A stretch of DNA of 63,488 nt, counting the filler, from Octopus bimaculoides (lineage: Eukaryota), in NCBI RefSeq assembly GCF_001194135.2. It is 6 parts of 6 records of this genome, joined end to end, with 100 filler letters (N's around TTAATTAATTAA, not from the genome) between each part and the next. Parts side by side here need not be neighbours in the genome. Positions count along the whole stretch, not along the records: positions 35,514 to 51,542 come from NC_068987.1; positions 51,643 to 61,862 come from NC_069010.1; 4 more parts are not named here. One strand, given 5' to 3'. Position 1 is the stretch's first letter. Each line of letters begins with the position of its first letter. Positions 39,836-52,571 of the stretch are shown in pieces. A program made the translations under genes and the position numbers. The notes under the pieces were generated by a model that saw only the letters and a program-made list of their open reading frames with translations, was not told the origin of the DNA and searched no databases.

Positions 39836-40018
39836 AAAGATACCACCATGCTAGAGATAGCAGTCAAACTTGACTCTAAAACCACATCAAGTATACAGCA
39901 TCAGGAGAAATGACAAAGTGCTTTATTTGTCTCTGTCTTTTCTCCTGATGCTGTATGAATACTTGATGTGGGTTTAGAGTCAAGTTTTGACTGCTATCTC
40001 TAGCATGGTGGTATCTTT
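39836..40018. repeat. Foldback (hairpin) element, ~78-bp arms
   Basis: aaagataccaccatgctagagatagcagtcaaacttgactctaaa...catcaggagaaa is reverse-complemented at 39935-40018. Confidence 0.85.
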
Positions 40019-40019
40019 G

Positions 40020-40197
40020 GGAGACGGAAACTGAAAGAAGACCGTCGAATATATGTATATGCATGTATATGTGTGTGTGTCTTTGTGTGTATGTGTTTGT
40101 CCCCCCCCCCCCAACATCGTTTGACAACCGATGGTGGTGTGTTTACGTCCCTGTAACTTAGCGGTTCGGCAAAAAAACCCGATAATTTCAGTACTAG
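40020..40197 (+). mobile_element. SINE family B middle fragment
   Basis: gacggaaactgaaagaagaccgtcg...gtgtttacgtccctgtaacttagcggttcggcaaaa. Confidence 0.8.
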
Positions 40198-40903
40198 NNN
40201 NNNNNNNATATATATATGCTCTCTCTCTTTCACACACACACACCAAAACGCTTGTAGACAAACGGATAGATAGATAGATAGATAGATAGATATGATATGA
40301 TATGGTATGATTTATCCTTTTTCATAAAATCCGCTATTTCGAAACGTAACTGTTATCCTCATCATCACGGACCCATTTCGTTCAAAATATCTTTTGTTAT
40401 TCTCACTTTACGGGCATTTATCTTAGTCATTCTCGTTATTGATTAGCTGTAGGTTGGTACTAATACAGCAGACAAATTTAATCTTGAATAATAATGTCTT
40501 CATATAAAAAGGTAAGCTTTGATTTGAGCTGATATGGCTGTTATTTGAAACAGGAAGTGTGACTAAGAAAATTCATTTGATAGCTTGTTATAGTCATTGT
40601 ATAAAAGTGAGCAAGAAGAGATTTGAAAATATAAAACTTGGTCTTTATTTTCTTAGATAAAGATGTATTTTATGCGCAAATAACAGGTCGGACAGAACGA
40701 TTGACACCTCACACTTGGAAATAGAATACTTTCTTTCCATTGTGTGTTTTAGTAAAAGATAAAACAAAAGAAACGAAGAGCATGCAAAAAAAATAATAAA
40801 ACGTGTGTGGTTATATATCGTTGGAAAGAAAGAAATATTCAGTATGGATTACACATAATAAACATCGGCAAGACGAAAGGTACCCTCACTCACCCTACCA
40901 TAC

Positions 40904-40999
40904 CTTCGAACGACACCATCGTAGATGCTGCAAGAAAAAAAAACAATAATGCCGTCACGTTCTCAGGTGTTACAGGAACAATAAAACCAATATCCACAG
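40904..40999 (-). CDS. Candidate internal exon (96 nt, phase 1-1; alternative 24-nt form 40904-40927), unverified
   Basis: (CT)n-tttCAG| acceptor and AAG|GTATGG donor. The only open frame reads AVDIGFIVPVTPENVTALLFFFLAASTMVSFE. A second acceptor ttttttttcttgCAG sits at 40928-40930. Confidence 0.25.
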
Positions 41000-41013
41000 C
41001 TGAAAGAGAGGGA

Positions 41014-41059
<46 letters not shown>

Positions 41060-41880
41060 GAGAGAGAGAGAAGATGAAGAAGAAGAGGGAGACGGGAGAG
41101 AGAGAAAAAGGAGAGAGAGAGAGAGAGAGAGAGAGAGCGGATTTCACTTCAATATCGTTTCCTTATATATTAATGGCTAGGGATTTGTTCTGATATTCGG
41201 TATTGAAACGTGTATTGTCACATTTTTATATGTATATATTGGAAGGGGCTATAAGTACTGCACTGCCCTGAACAGATCTGCACCACCTCCACCCCTTACT
41301 CAGCTGGTTCAACTCATGACAGTAACAAAAAAATAAAGAGAGACATATTGCGTGTACATCGGTGAAGATAATATGGATTGCTTGTCACTTTAGAAGATGA
41401 ATGACGCAGATGTTCAACCTAAAGAACTATCTACTCGTTGTATTCCAGTACAAAATGGCTGAAGTTCCCAAGTACACGTCCATCTTTAAAGTAATTCTCA
41501 TATAGAATGAACACGATAAGACATCTGGGATAAAACTGGCCCCTTGAACTGCAGTCTATTAAAGGGCCTGGATAAGCATTCGACGAATACACTTGGGCAA
41601 AGAATTGTTCGTCCGAACACATGACTGGCTGCTAGTACACGTAATTGAAAAGAGCCGAAAAGGCGAAAATGGTTCTGGCGTTCTCGCTTGGAATATTTGT
41701 CGTCTGCTTCCGATATATCTTGAGATTTTAATACAGAACGTGCTTAATAAATTTTACGTCACGTTTATATCAAGACGAATATTGCAGTGACGAGCCTATC
41801 AACAGTGTATATACATTAAGTATGATACACAGTTAGCCATTTTGATTTAACAGTGCCTCGACTGCGTATGTCGGGTGCCC

Positions 41881-42079
41881 CGCAACCGCTTGGCAACCGG
41901 TGTTGGTGTGTTTACGTCCCCGTAATTTAGCGGTCTCACAAAAGAGAGCGGTAGAATAGATACCAGGCTTAAATTTAGAGAAAAAGTACTGGGTTCGATT
42001 CATTGGACCAAAATTCTTCAAGGCGGCACACCAGCATGGCCACAGACTAATGATTGAAACAAGTAAAGGAATAAAAAGA
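41881..42079 (+). mobile_element. SINE family B 3' half
   Basis: accggtgttggtgtgtttacgtccccgtaatttagcgg...ttcttcaaggcggcacaccagcatggccacagactaatgattgaaacaagtaaag. Confidence 0.85.
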
Positions 42080-42156
42080 CACACACACACACACACACAT
42101 ACACACAAGCGCGCGCGCACGCACACACACACACACACACACATATTTAAACAACT

Positions 42157-42509
42157 CCGTCGGTCACTAGTGACCATGGGTGCACCTAAGAGGTTCTCCT
42201 CCGGGGTACAAGTCTGAGCGGAAAGTCGCCTCACCGGCGAACGCACAACCTAGGGTTCTTTTTATGGAAGTCCAGCAATCGCCCATGCATACCGGGCTCT
42301 CCTCTCCACGCCACCGATGTTATCCAAGGGAAAGGCAAGGGGGGGGCGCAAAGGGGCCGATACAGCTTGGCACCAATGACGTCGCAGCTCATTTCTACAG
42401 CTGAGTGAACTGGAGCAATGTGAAATAAAGTGTCTTGTTCAAGAACATAGCACGCAGTCCGGTCTGGGAATCGAACTCACAACCTCACATTCTAACCACT
42501 GAGCCATGC
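42157..42509 (-). mobile_element. tRNA-derived SINE, family C
   Basis: Minus strand reads gcatggctcagtggttaga...gagttcgattcccagaccggactg...ttgaacaagacactttatttcacattgctccagttcactcagctgtagaaatgag...ccttgcctttcccttggataacatcgg. Confidence 0.85.
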
Positions 42510-42817
42510 AATATATATATTTTGTGTGTGATTATTTTTTTAATCCCAAATGTCAAATACATGAATGTGTGTGTGTGTGTGTGTGTGTGTTACCATTTAT
42601 CTGCACATGTATGTGTTGGCCTGTGCAATGTTTTCAATGTTACCCATACACGCAGGTTTTTCCTCTCCACACCACCAGTGTATTCCAGGGTTTTGTAGCC
42701 TACACTGTGGTCGCAGTCATTGCTGTCAGAAGCAGATCATGTGAAACGTTTCATCTAACATTTCATCCCGTCTGCCAATCCGCTCTCTTGGACTTGTACC
42801 ATTTTATTGATTCTGAA

Positions 42818-42935
42818 TAAGTATAAGGCAAAGTTGACTTCGGTGGCATTTGAACTCGGAGAGCAAGAGTCGGAAATAAATACCCTGAGATATTCTATCA
42901 AGCGTTATAACAGCAATGCCTATTCGCCATCGTGA
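42818..42935 (-). mobile_element. SINE family A 5' fragment, diverged
   Basis: aaggcaaagttgacttcggtggcatttgaactc is the reverse of the B-box/core motif. Confidence 0.65.
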
Positions 42936-43399
42936 TCAAACAATCCACGTGATATTGTATCTAGTCGTTTGAATTGGAAATAGAGCCTCTTTATCTATAA
43001 CATTAAGCGGTTCGGTATTTCACAAACTTATGTATCATTGAAATAATTCTCATGTAGAATAAGCAGTGTCTGGAATAAATGTGACTCTTTAAATTAGAAG
43101 TACACTATATCACATCTGACGGCCTTCAACACATTTTCCGTCGAACCAAATTCACTAACAATGATTTAGTGAGCTTGAGGCTTTGACAGAAGACAGTCGT
43201 CGTAATTGTTGAAGTTATGAAACAGTAAATAAAGCGATGAATTCAATAGTGCATATGTTTTATAAAGAAATCGGTAAGCCTCTACTAAAATGCAGCCATG
43301 ACGTAAAACGTACATTTCCGTCAATGCATGGAGAGCGTGATATCGCAGGATAGATTTGTTTGATGGTTGCCGATGATCCACTTGCCTCAAGTTTTTCAA

Positions 43400-43568
43400 A
43401 AAGCCCTTAGGGCTTCCACACAGTTTCCGTCTATCAAATGAATCCAAATGGCACTGGTCGGTTCGGAGTTTTAGAGGAAGATACTTGCCCAATGTGCTAC
43501 GAAGTGGGACCGAATCTGAGATCATGCGGTCTCAAAACGAGCTTTTTTAACCACACAGCCACGCATGC
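43400..43568 (-). mobile_element. SINE family B 5' part
   Basis: ggcttccacacagtttccgtctatcaaat...gaggaagatacttgcccaatgtgctacgaagtgggaccgaa...aaccacacagccacgc. Confidence 0.75.
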
Positions 43569-45035
43569 AACTATATTAAGAACAAGATAAAGAAAACAAT
43601 GCATGCTAATTCAGTGATGGTGTTGTTCTCCTGTTGATTTATTTAGTTCATTATTGCTAGTAGTCTGGCGTTAGACAAACACAGATCAGACAGATTGTGG
43701 AATAGAGAAGAACAACAGTGCAATAAAATGGTAAAAAGAAAAGCCGATGGACATATAAGCTGGGGTAAAAATACAATAGAAGGAGGAGAACAGAGAATGA
43801 ATGGGTGATTGAAAACAACCGAGATTTTACGATATCTTACAAAATTGTTCTCCTAATCAACTGTTTTGGTTTGGTAATTTCTTACGTTTTTGTCGTTGTT
43901 TTTCCTTCTTTCTTTCTTTTTTTCCCCTCTTTTCTTGTTTTGTTACCGAAAAACAATAATAATAATTAGTACGAAGAACAAAAGTATAAATAATAGTAGA
44001 AACAAGAGGCGAAGAAGCCAAAACTATGAACAATATGAAATACACCCATGCAATGTTCCATAACTCATTCTGAAGAGATGCAAAATATGATAATATAAAT
44101 AAGGCATGTGTTATGTTAACATGTTGTTTCTGTTGTTGAGCCTGACGATGCGGTTGTTGTCAATGCTGACGCTGGTATGGCGGTGGCGGTGGCGGCGGTG
44201 GTGGTGGTGGTGCTGATTGTTGGTTGCGGGGTAAGCTTGCCTGGCGGGCGTATGGCGATAGCTGCGGTGTTAGTAATGGTGTTATAGTAGTTGTTAGTAT
44301 CGCCTGAGGTGGGGGTGGAGGTGGGGGGTATATGCGTGGAGATCGTAGCGTTGGTAGTATTGCTAGTGGCGGTTGTGGCGGTGGTGTTGGTGGTGTCAGT
44401 AGTGGCGGCGGTGGTAGTGGTGGTGATAGTAGTAGGTGTGCTTGTTGCGGAGGTGTTGTTAATGATGTTATAGATTTTATTAGTGTTCTAAAAGCGATAG
44501 TGGTGGTGGTGGTGGTGGTATTAGTGTTGTAGTTGTTGCTGTCAGTGTTTAAGCTTAAACCATCTGTGATTAAGTAGAATTATGAACAAAGGCNNNNNNN
44601 NNNNNNNNNNNNNNNNNNNNNNNNNNNNNNNNNNNNNNNNNNNTGGTGGTGGTGGTGATGGTAGTGGGGGTGGGGGTGATAGTGGTGCTGGTGGGATTAG
44701 TGGTGGTGCTTATGATGGCGTAGGTGATAGTATTTATAGAAGTTATGCTGCTGGTGATGGTGATAGCTTTTGGTGGTGGTGGTGGTGGTATTAGTGTTGT
44801 AGTTGTTGCTGTCAGTGTTTAAGCTTAAACCATCTGTGATTAAGTAGAATTATGAACAAAGGCATTCCAACCATGACCATCACATCATTTTCCTATATAC
44901 ATAGCATCAAGACCTTTTTTCTAACATCTTACGGTGGTATTCTGTGGGGGATTTTGCTGCTGTTTTTAGCAAGCGAAATGACCACGTAGAGGCACCCTCG
45001 TAAGTTCTCGCTGTAGTTAGAATTGATAGTAGTAA

Positions 45036-45092
<57 letters not shown>

Positions 45093-45326
45093 TTGCAGCA
45101 GCAGCAGCAGCAGCAGCAGTGCTGGTGGTTATTGAAGTGATNNNNNNNNNNNNNNNNNNNNNNNNNNNNNNNNNNNNNNNNNNNNNNNNNNNNNNNNNNN
45201 NNNNNNNNNNNNNNNNNNNNNNNNNNNNNNNNNNNNNNNNNNNNNNNGGTGGTGGTGGTGGTGGTGGTGGTGGCCGTCGTCGTCGTCGTGCTAGTGGTTG
45301 TTTGGTATTGATATAGATCTAATCAC

Positions 45327-45690
45327 CTGCTTGGCTCCAGTGACGTCGCAAATTCATTTCTACAGCCGAGTGAACAGGAGCAACGTGAAATAACGTTTCT
45401 TGCTCAAGAATACAACTCACAGTCCGGTCTGGGAATCGAACTCACTGCCTCATGATTGTGAGCCCGACGCTCTAACCACTGAGCCATGCGCCGCCACTCA
45501 CTACCTTCTTTAAAAAAAGTTGCCTTGCCTTTCCTTTGGATAACATCGGTGGTGTGGAGGGGGAGGCTGGTATGCGTGGGCGACTGCTGGTCTTCCATAA
45601 ACTACCTTGCCCAGACGTGTGCCTGAGAAGGTAACTTTCTAGGTGTAAACCCATGGTCATTCATGACAGAAAGGGGTTTTTAACTTTTAC
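45327..45690. mobile_element. SINE family C with inverted 5' half
   Basis: 45327-45492 is the 5' half on the minus strand. 45521-45690 is the 3' half on the plus strand, by comparison with the intact copy at 42157-42509. Confidence 0.7.
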
Positions 45691-45789
45691 ACACCACTAA
45701 GTCAGCCGGGATTGGGAGGCGAAGTTGCTGTGTTGTTTCGGATCTCGCGATACGAAACACCTAACTGTACACAGAATATATATGTTGTT

Positions 45790-46750
45790 TGTACTGCACG
45801 TGACCAGCAAGGAAGGCCATACCTTCTGACTTGTAGCAGTCTGTGACTTGTCTATCGGTCGAGCAATTTTTTAAAGGCATTTTTAGTATTTACTGGGAAC
45901 ATCCTGCTCCTTAATACTAGTAGGAGATTGGAGCGGTGTCCTGGATGCTTGCTTGAATTATGCAGGGCTCACCGATAGAAGATGATGTGTAAAAGCTTAA
46001 CGAAACTGCTCAAATGTTTCCAACTGTCTGGCAGGTACCGGCTGGATTTCCTGAATGTGCCACTGTAGACATGGACAACATTGCGTTATCCAGAGCGATT
46101 CAAGGTAGAATATTCTATAAGCTTGTTGATACGGTGAGCGTATAAGACCCTCAGGCTAGACGGACCTCAACTTTGTAATCTGTACGTTTGACCTAGATAG
46201 GTTTCATGCACAGAGACCCGGTTAGAGAAGCTGAACGCATCGCTCCCGGTGCACCATGCTTGCAGAGACCGGATTAGCATATTTGTTAAACGGGAATTAA
46301 CAGGGACAATCGTCAACAACAAATGGCGGTTCGCGCTGAAAATGCAATTGAAGCTGAATCGTAAAGAAGTAGCAATACAGATTGTTACTCTGGAGGACAC
46401 TAGGAAACTTAGAAGAGAGAAGAGACACTCAGGATAAGTAACACAACTGACGTGCTTGCGGTGACACCGGACCGTTACCAATTCTTCAAGGCAGGATGAA
46501 AGTTGCGGTGTCAGAGGTAACCAGCGTGCTCCAATCCCGTATCATACAGTATATCTGCATTGGGGGCTTGTAATCTTGTGTCGAACCACTGTTGACACAT
46601 GTAGGACGAAGCTGGCTATCAGCCAGGTCTATTGCCAGGATCAACATGCCATCTTCCTCTGACAGGAGTCGATAAAATATAGTACCAGCCAAGCAGCAAG
46701 GGCTGGAGTTGATATAACTGACGAAACTCCTTCCTTCAGAACTATAGGCT
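45790..46750 (+). mobile_element. L1/Tx1-type LINE ORF2 fragment (APE endonuclease end and linker), decayed
   Basis: Reads LILVGDWSGVLD...GRYRLDFLNVPL*TWT...TDLNFVICTFDLDR...KLNASL...RELTGTIVNNKW, carrying the GD(W/F)N, W(T/S)W, SDH and WKLNxSLL motifs. Confidence 0.75.
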
Positions 46751-46810
46751 TTGTGCATAAATCAGAAGTTATTATTGGTGAGCTCGCAGAATCGTAAGAG
46801 CAGTTATTTT

Positions 46811-46842
<32 letters not shown>

Positions 46843-46859
46843 TATTATTATTATTATTA

Positions 46860-46891
<32 letters not shown>

Positions 46892-47019
46892 GTTGTTGTT
46901 GTTGTTTCTTTTCATTATAACTTTATTTCAGCTACTTTAGAACCAGGCATCATCCGGAGGCCTAGAGTAGCAAGGGCAATTTTGTTTTGCTATGTATGCT
47001 AAAATTATCACTACATTTA

Positions 47020-47450
47020 TTATTGATTGAGAGAGCAGTGCATGCCATCAAAGTGACACTGGGGTAAAATATACGAAGCCCAATATACCCACCATGACTA
47101 CCCGTCTGATAAGGGTACACCGGGCACATGCATCACAACCATATGTGCGCGACATGGTGATCTCATATCAAAATAAACAGCGCATGACCTCGCAGGTGGG
47201 GCCCAGTTAGAATTTTCTTCAGGTCGAGTAGCCCAACCCGCTCAAAAGGTCCCTGAATAAAGGTTGTTTGAGGATGTCGAACAAAACACCCATGTTTACA
47301 AAGGTGAATTATTCAAACCCCAAAGAATTCTTCTTAACACTTGGCTATGATGCTCCCCCACTACTTCTGCTCATGATCAGAGATGCACATATCGTCAGCC
47401 ACCAAGGGACANNNNNNNNNNAGCCACTGTCTGGTACTGCATCCGGGCAC
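47020..47450. repeat. Dispersed repeat of unknown class (partial copy at 60280-60380)
   Basis: ttattcaaaccccaaagaat...ctatgatg.tcccc...atcagagatgcacatat.gtcagccac is shared between the two sites. Confidence 0.7.
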
Positions 47451-47477
47451 TAATTATTATTACCATCATCATCATCA

Positions 47478-47545
<68 letters not shown>

Positions 47546-47609
47546 TCGTTTGTTGGGGAAGCTATTTCAGTCCTTATTAACTAACGCGTATCTTTCTGCT
47601 TTGTTTCAG

Positions 47610-47633
47610 ATGGTGGACTGCGACCTGAAGGAG
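47610..47633 (+). CDS. Candidate 24-nt microexon of an unidentified gene
   Basis: aaCTAAC branch point (47579-47585), gcgtatctttctgctttgtttCAG| acceptor, ATGGTGGACTGCGACCTGAAGGAG, |GTATGA donor. Open as MVDCDLKE (phase 0) or DGGLRPEG (phase 1). Confidence 0.5.
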
Positions 47634-47900
47634 GTATGACTGATATTTCTAGCATATACAATGCACACTTAGTGAATCTTCATTCTCTTGTGACCACTAC
47701 AGTTGTTGCTACACTTTCTTCTCGGTTTTGTTTTTTTGTTTTTTTGATTTGTTTTTGTTTTTTTTAGCTGCTGATAATGTCGCTGTCGTCACCGCTGCTG
47801 TAGTTGCTGTTGCTGCTGTTATTTGTTTTCATTTTCCGGCTTCATGATTTTCTTTTACTTTTCTCCAGAAATTTTCCAGAAAAAAAAAATTTCAATTCTT

Positions 47901-47949
47901 AAATATGAAATATGAAATATGAAATATGAAATATGAAATATGAAATATG
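47901..47949. repeat. (AAATATG)7 heptamer tandem repeat
   Basis: Direct reading of the sequence. Confidence 0.95.
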
Positions 47950-49024
47950 ACAATGCCACATTGTAAAATCATAGCATCGCCACCTTTCCTTCCTCTTCTT
48001 CTTCATCCACCTCCTCCTCCTGTACCTCCTGCACCTCCTCCATCTCCTCATCGTACGACTCAATCTTCCTCCATTTAAAATTATTTTTTTTTACGTTAAC
48101 GCTATGCGAGTGTCCGGTATTTAGGGTCAAACCATCCGGATAAGAAGATAAGAAGCATTGACATCAATCATTAAAACATGCTGCATCTAAGGTGCAGCGG
48201 TGCAGTAGGACAATAGTGCAAGAAGGCGGAGATTCAGGAAGGGAATGTGAAGGATTGCAATAGGATGTGCGGGATGGGGGTGAGGTAGTGGGGAGAACTG
48301 GTTGAATGTGGGGAGATAATTGTAATTAGTATTCTAGGCACCGATAGACAACACATACATACATACATACAGACAGACAGACAGACTCACACACATACAT
48401 GCATACACATGTACATAGATAGATACATACATAAGCACATCCATACATGCATACATACATAGTATTTATATACGTACACTCATACATACACACGTATATA
48501 CGTACATACACACATACATACACGCGCACTCATGCGTTTACATGCAAAAATACATGCGTACATATCTACACGCATTCATAAATGTATATACAATTCATGC
48601 ATATACACAGTGTATGTCGTGAGGGGGGGGCGCACGCGCCTCCTTCGGTGTATCTGTTTGTCTAACTATATATCGATCACTCTCCTTATTGGTTTTCTGA
48701 GAATGCGCTGCGCACTTCTGTTCACACATCAACACGTCGACACATACATACTTGCACACATACACGCACATTTATGCGTTGTGTATTTATCTATATGTAA
48801 ATAGACAGACAGACAGACTTTTTTTATTAGCCACACAGGATCGAACACAGAGGGAACGAAATACAATGTAGAGCTTTTCTTTCTGAGAGAAAAAAGGAGA
48901 AAATAGAGAAAAAAAGGAGAAAACAAATTTCCGATCAAAAGGGATTGTGTAAAAAAAAAAAAAAAAGAGACGATCAAAAGGGATCGTGTATCACAGTGAA
49001 AGAGTAAAAATGTGAAAAAACACA

Positions 49025-49790
49025 TTAGGCTTATCCGTGAAAAGAAAAGCCTACGAAAAGACCACGGTAACCTCGGGCAATGAAATACATTAGAGTTAAG
49101 TACTCTCCTTCTCTTTGGTTCGTAGGACTATGCTCAAGGTGGCTCTGTCATTCACACGTGCCAACCTTGCTACACCCATCTTTTCCTGACAAATTCACTA
49201 GACAAAATTTCCCTCTCTACTCTCACCTTGCTTTTCAAGTGATACTTGAAAAAGTTGATGAGTAATTAACCAGAGAGGAAAGCGTTTGTTTCTAGGCCTT
49301 TCAAACGCGTCCATCATACACAGTCTTTCGCTATAGCCCACTAGTATAATGAAAACAAGTCTTCCTTCCCGTTTAAAGGAAGGAGGCGGGGCAATATTAA
49401 CGATAGACTCGGCTGATAAACCAACTCGTCCCATAGACGACAACAGTTGTTCGACCTAAGCCTACAGGTCAGAAATGGTCTGACACTGGACGAGTGCGTG
49501 CAGAATGGTTTCGTCGCTCTGACCGCATCTCGGGCATATCAGCCCGATGTTTCTAGAGCCATGCCTGTAGAGCTTATCTCGAACGATTAGTGCTTCTCGA
49601 TAGCACTGCCAGGCCAGGGATCTCTGGAAGTTGCCCCGAAAGTTGTCTTGAACAGGCGGGTCAGGTATTCCTCGTCGACGCCCAGATCCTCCCCAAGATC
49701 GTCGTCATACCTTCACTCCACTAATCCTCTATAGAATGCTTTAGAGGTATTGCAGTCGTGCAAGTTCGATCTGGGACGGCAGAGTTGCTT
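49025..49790 (-). mobile_element. L1/Tx1-type LINE ORF2 C-terminus with CCHC zinc knuckle and 3' UTR, decayed
   Basis: Reads KAFYRGLVE...NFQRSLAWQCYREALIVRDKLYRHGSRNIGLICPRCGQSDETILHALVQC...WTRLKGL...FFKYHLKSKVRVERE.L...F..RW. Confidence 0.9.
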
Positions 49791-49897
49791 CAGAGCAACG
49801 CAACATGCGCGGTGCCATTCGCCCTTCCTCGGCCTCTAGATAGATAGAGGAGAGAGGGGGGGACGGAGAGAAATTGACAGATACATAGATAGATAGT

Positions 49898-49973
<76 letters not shown>

Positions 49974-49994
49974 AGAGTGTATGTATGTATATAT

Positions 49995-50028
<34 letters not shown>

Positions 50029-50303
50029 GGACGTACAGGCAGACAGACTTAGAAGTGTACAGACACAGAGCTAGATGGATAGACAGCCAGGCATAAGCAC
50101 ATGCACAGACCCACACACACGTCCACTTGTATTCATAAATAAACATCTATCCTCGTTGAGCATTCAGTATCTCCTTTCACTCACGTCGATAAGACACAAG
50201 ATTTCTTTCAGTTGTGTGCAAACTCGATTACTTTATAGCATGTATATACGTATGTATGGATGTATGTATGTATGTATGTATGTAAGTATGTATGTATGTA
50301 TAA

Positions 50304-50380
<77 letters not shown>

Positions 50381-52571
50381 CATAAATCCATAAACACATA
50401 AAAAACATCCAAGGGTATATTTTTTTCTCTCTGAAGAGGTTATGCTCAGATCATATAAATATAAATTTAATATTTACTTAATATTTACTGAGTATTAATT
50501 GAAACAGCTATAAGTGAAGATGATTAATTTGCTGTTAATAATAAACAATTATTAACTTCCCAATCTCCATTTTCCTTTGGATGAAGTAAAAAAAAATTGG
50601 ATAAAACGTCACGTTTATGGGAGTTGCTTGTAAGGTAAACATACTCACTGTATTGATATATTCGTCAATCAGTCTTTCTTTCTGCATATGGTTCTCACGT
50701 AGACATTGGTCGGAGGCCCTGTTAATTTTTAATTGGCTGAAGCACTTTTAATAAATAAATGTCTCGATTGTTCGAATCAATATGTATTTTGTACAATGTG
50801 TGGGTGTATATGTGCGTTTACGTGGGTGTGGTGGTGCATATATTATTTTACGTACATGAATATAATGTGAGTGAGCTACGTATCTGTTGTGTATATACCT
50901 AAATGATGTACGCTGGAGTAAATTATGAAACAGCTGTAAGCAATACGGAAATATTAAATCTTTCCGCTCACATATTCTCATGCATATATACACGTGTGTG
51001 TGTGTATGTATGTTATGTACACACACACACACACTCACATACATATATACACAGATACATAAATATATACAGTTTCCAATCTCCTGACTTACATATTTCG
51101 TGAGAAACAATATAAGCTAAGAGACAATTTAGTATAATTAAATTTTTACTTTAAACGGATTCTAGCATTCAGTTCGAAGTTTATTTCTGTAAGATATTAT
51201 CTTCTCAATCCCCTTGTTTTAGCTTTTAAATTATTCTTCTTCCTCTCTTTTCTTTCTCTCCTCCTCACTCTCTCTTTGCCTCTCTCTCTCTCTTTACATA
51301 TGTATATATATATCACACACGCATATATATATATATTCACGCATACAAATCTACACACACACATATATATATACATATACATATATACACATATATATAT
51401 ATACATATATATACATATACATATATACAAAATATACATATACATATATATATATATATATATACATATATACATATATATACATATATACATATATATA
51501 TATACATATATACATATATATATATATATACATATATATATANNNNNNNNNNNNNNNNNNNNNNNNNNNNNNNNNNNNNNNNNNNNTTAATTAATTAANN
51601 NNNNNNNNNNNNNNNNNNNNNNNNNNNNNNNNNNNNNNNNNNAATAATGATAATAATAATAATAATTATTATTATTATTATTATTATTATTTACTGTTTA
51701 CACGAACGTTTTCTACCTTTCAGACAAAACTCTTTGTAACCTTCATCCTGTCTTTGTCCTAACATGTTTTTGATTTATATTAGCCCTTGTGGCCAATAAA
51801 ACAGAATTAATTATTATTATTATTATTATTACTATCATTGCCTTTGCACAGCTTCTAATGCTGGAGATGTACTCTGGTGCCAGCTATTCACTACCAGATT
51901 CCCAAATCCAAATCTTATAAAACCCATTCAAAGGTTTTTGCTCCTGAAAAATGGAGCACATGGAGTTCTAAAATGTGGGAGTTAAGGCCCCTATTAGTGG
52001 GGTCTTAAAGTCAACCAGAGAAGTTGAATTGTTGGGAATCTTTTTAACTTGGGTCTTATATCTATTGTTCAAATTTCTTTGAAACTGGAAACATAAATGT
52101 TCACTGGGTTTGTAAAAGAGAGCAAAGCTACAGGAAACCAAAAGACGAATGATCACAATAAGCAGACAGTTACCACTCCCACCCTTATGCATTGAAATGG
52201 TGGTGGGGGAGTCCATAAAAAAATGACCAAAATTTGGGAGTTAATCCCCCATTAGCGGGTCTTAGAATCATCCAAAGAAATGGAAATTTTGGGTATATTT
52301 TTAAAGGGAGAATCGCTATTTTTGTAATCATTTTGTCCTGTTTCTTCCGCCATTAAAAGCAACGAGTTGCTCAGACAGCTGGCACATACCATTTAGCTGG
52401 CAACAAGGGGAGTACGGGATGACAGTCAGCCAAACCTGTCGCTAAGATGTCTCTCTTCTTTCCTCTCTCTGTCTCTCTTTCTCTGTCCACCTCTCTCTAT
52501 ATGTAGAGGGCTCAATATGATTATCTTAAAGCAACAGTTGTCAAATGCAAAAATCCAAAGAACTGTTAATA

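Noticed and set aside
44501-44863. 93-bp exact direct repeat (44501-44593 and 44771-44863)
   Set aside because: The first copy ends at a gap and the copies are identical, so probably an assembly overlap artefact.
45420-45492. tRNA-like sequence on the minus strand (A/B boxes, CAC anticodon-like loop)
   Set aside because: No acceptor-stem pairing, and it continues into SINE body shared with 42157-42509. It is a SINE head, not a tRNA gene.
46932-46993. Plus-strand acceptor with open frame ATLEPGIIRRPRVARAILFCY
   Set aside because: The donor (TAT|GTATGC) is weak, it follows a microsatellite, and I recognise no homology.
48932-48990. 20-bp direct repeat flanking a short poly(A) (possible TSD of a minimal retro-insertion)
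   Set aside because: The insert is only 19 nt, so it cannot be distinguished from a small tandem duplication with A-run expansion.
45790-49790. Idea that the two Tx1-type fragments are one rearranged element
   Set aside because: They converge, with the endonuclease piece on the 3' side of the C-terminal piece, which does not fit twin priming. Independent insertions are simpler.
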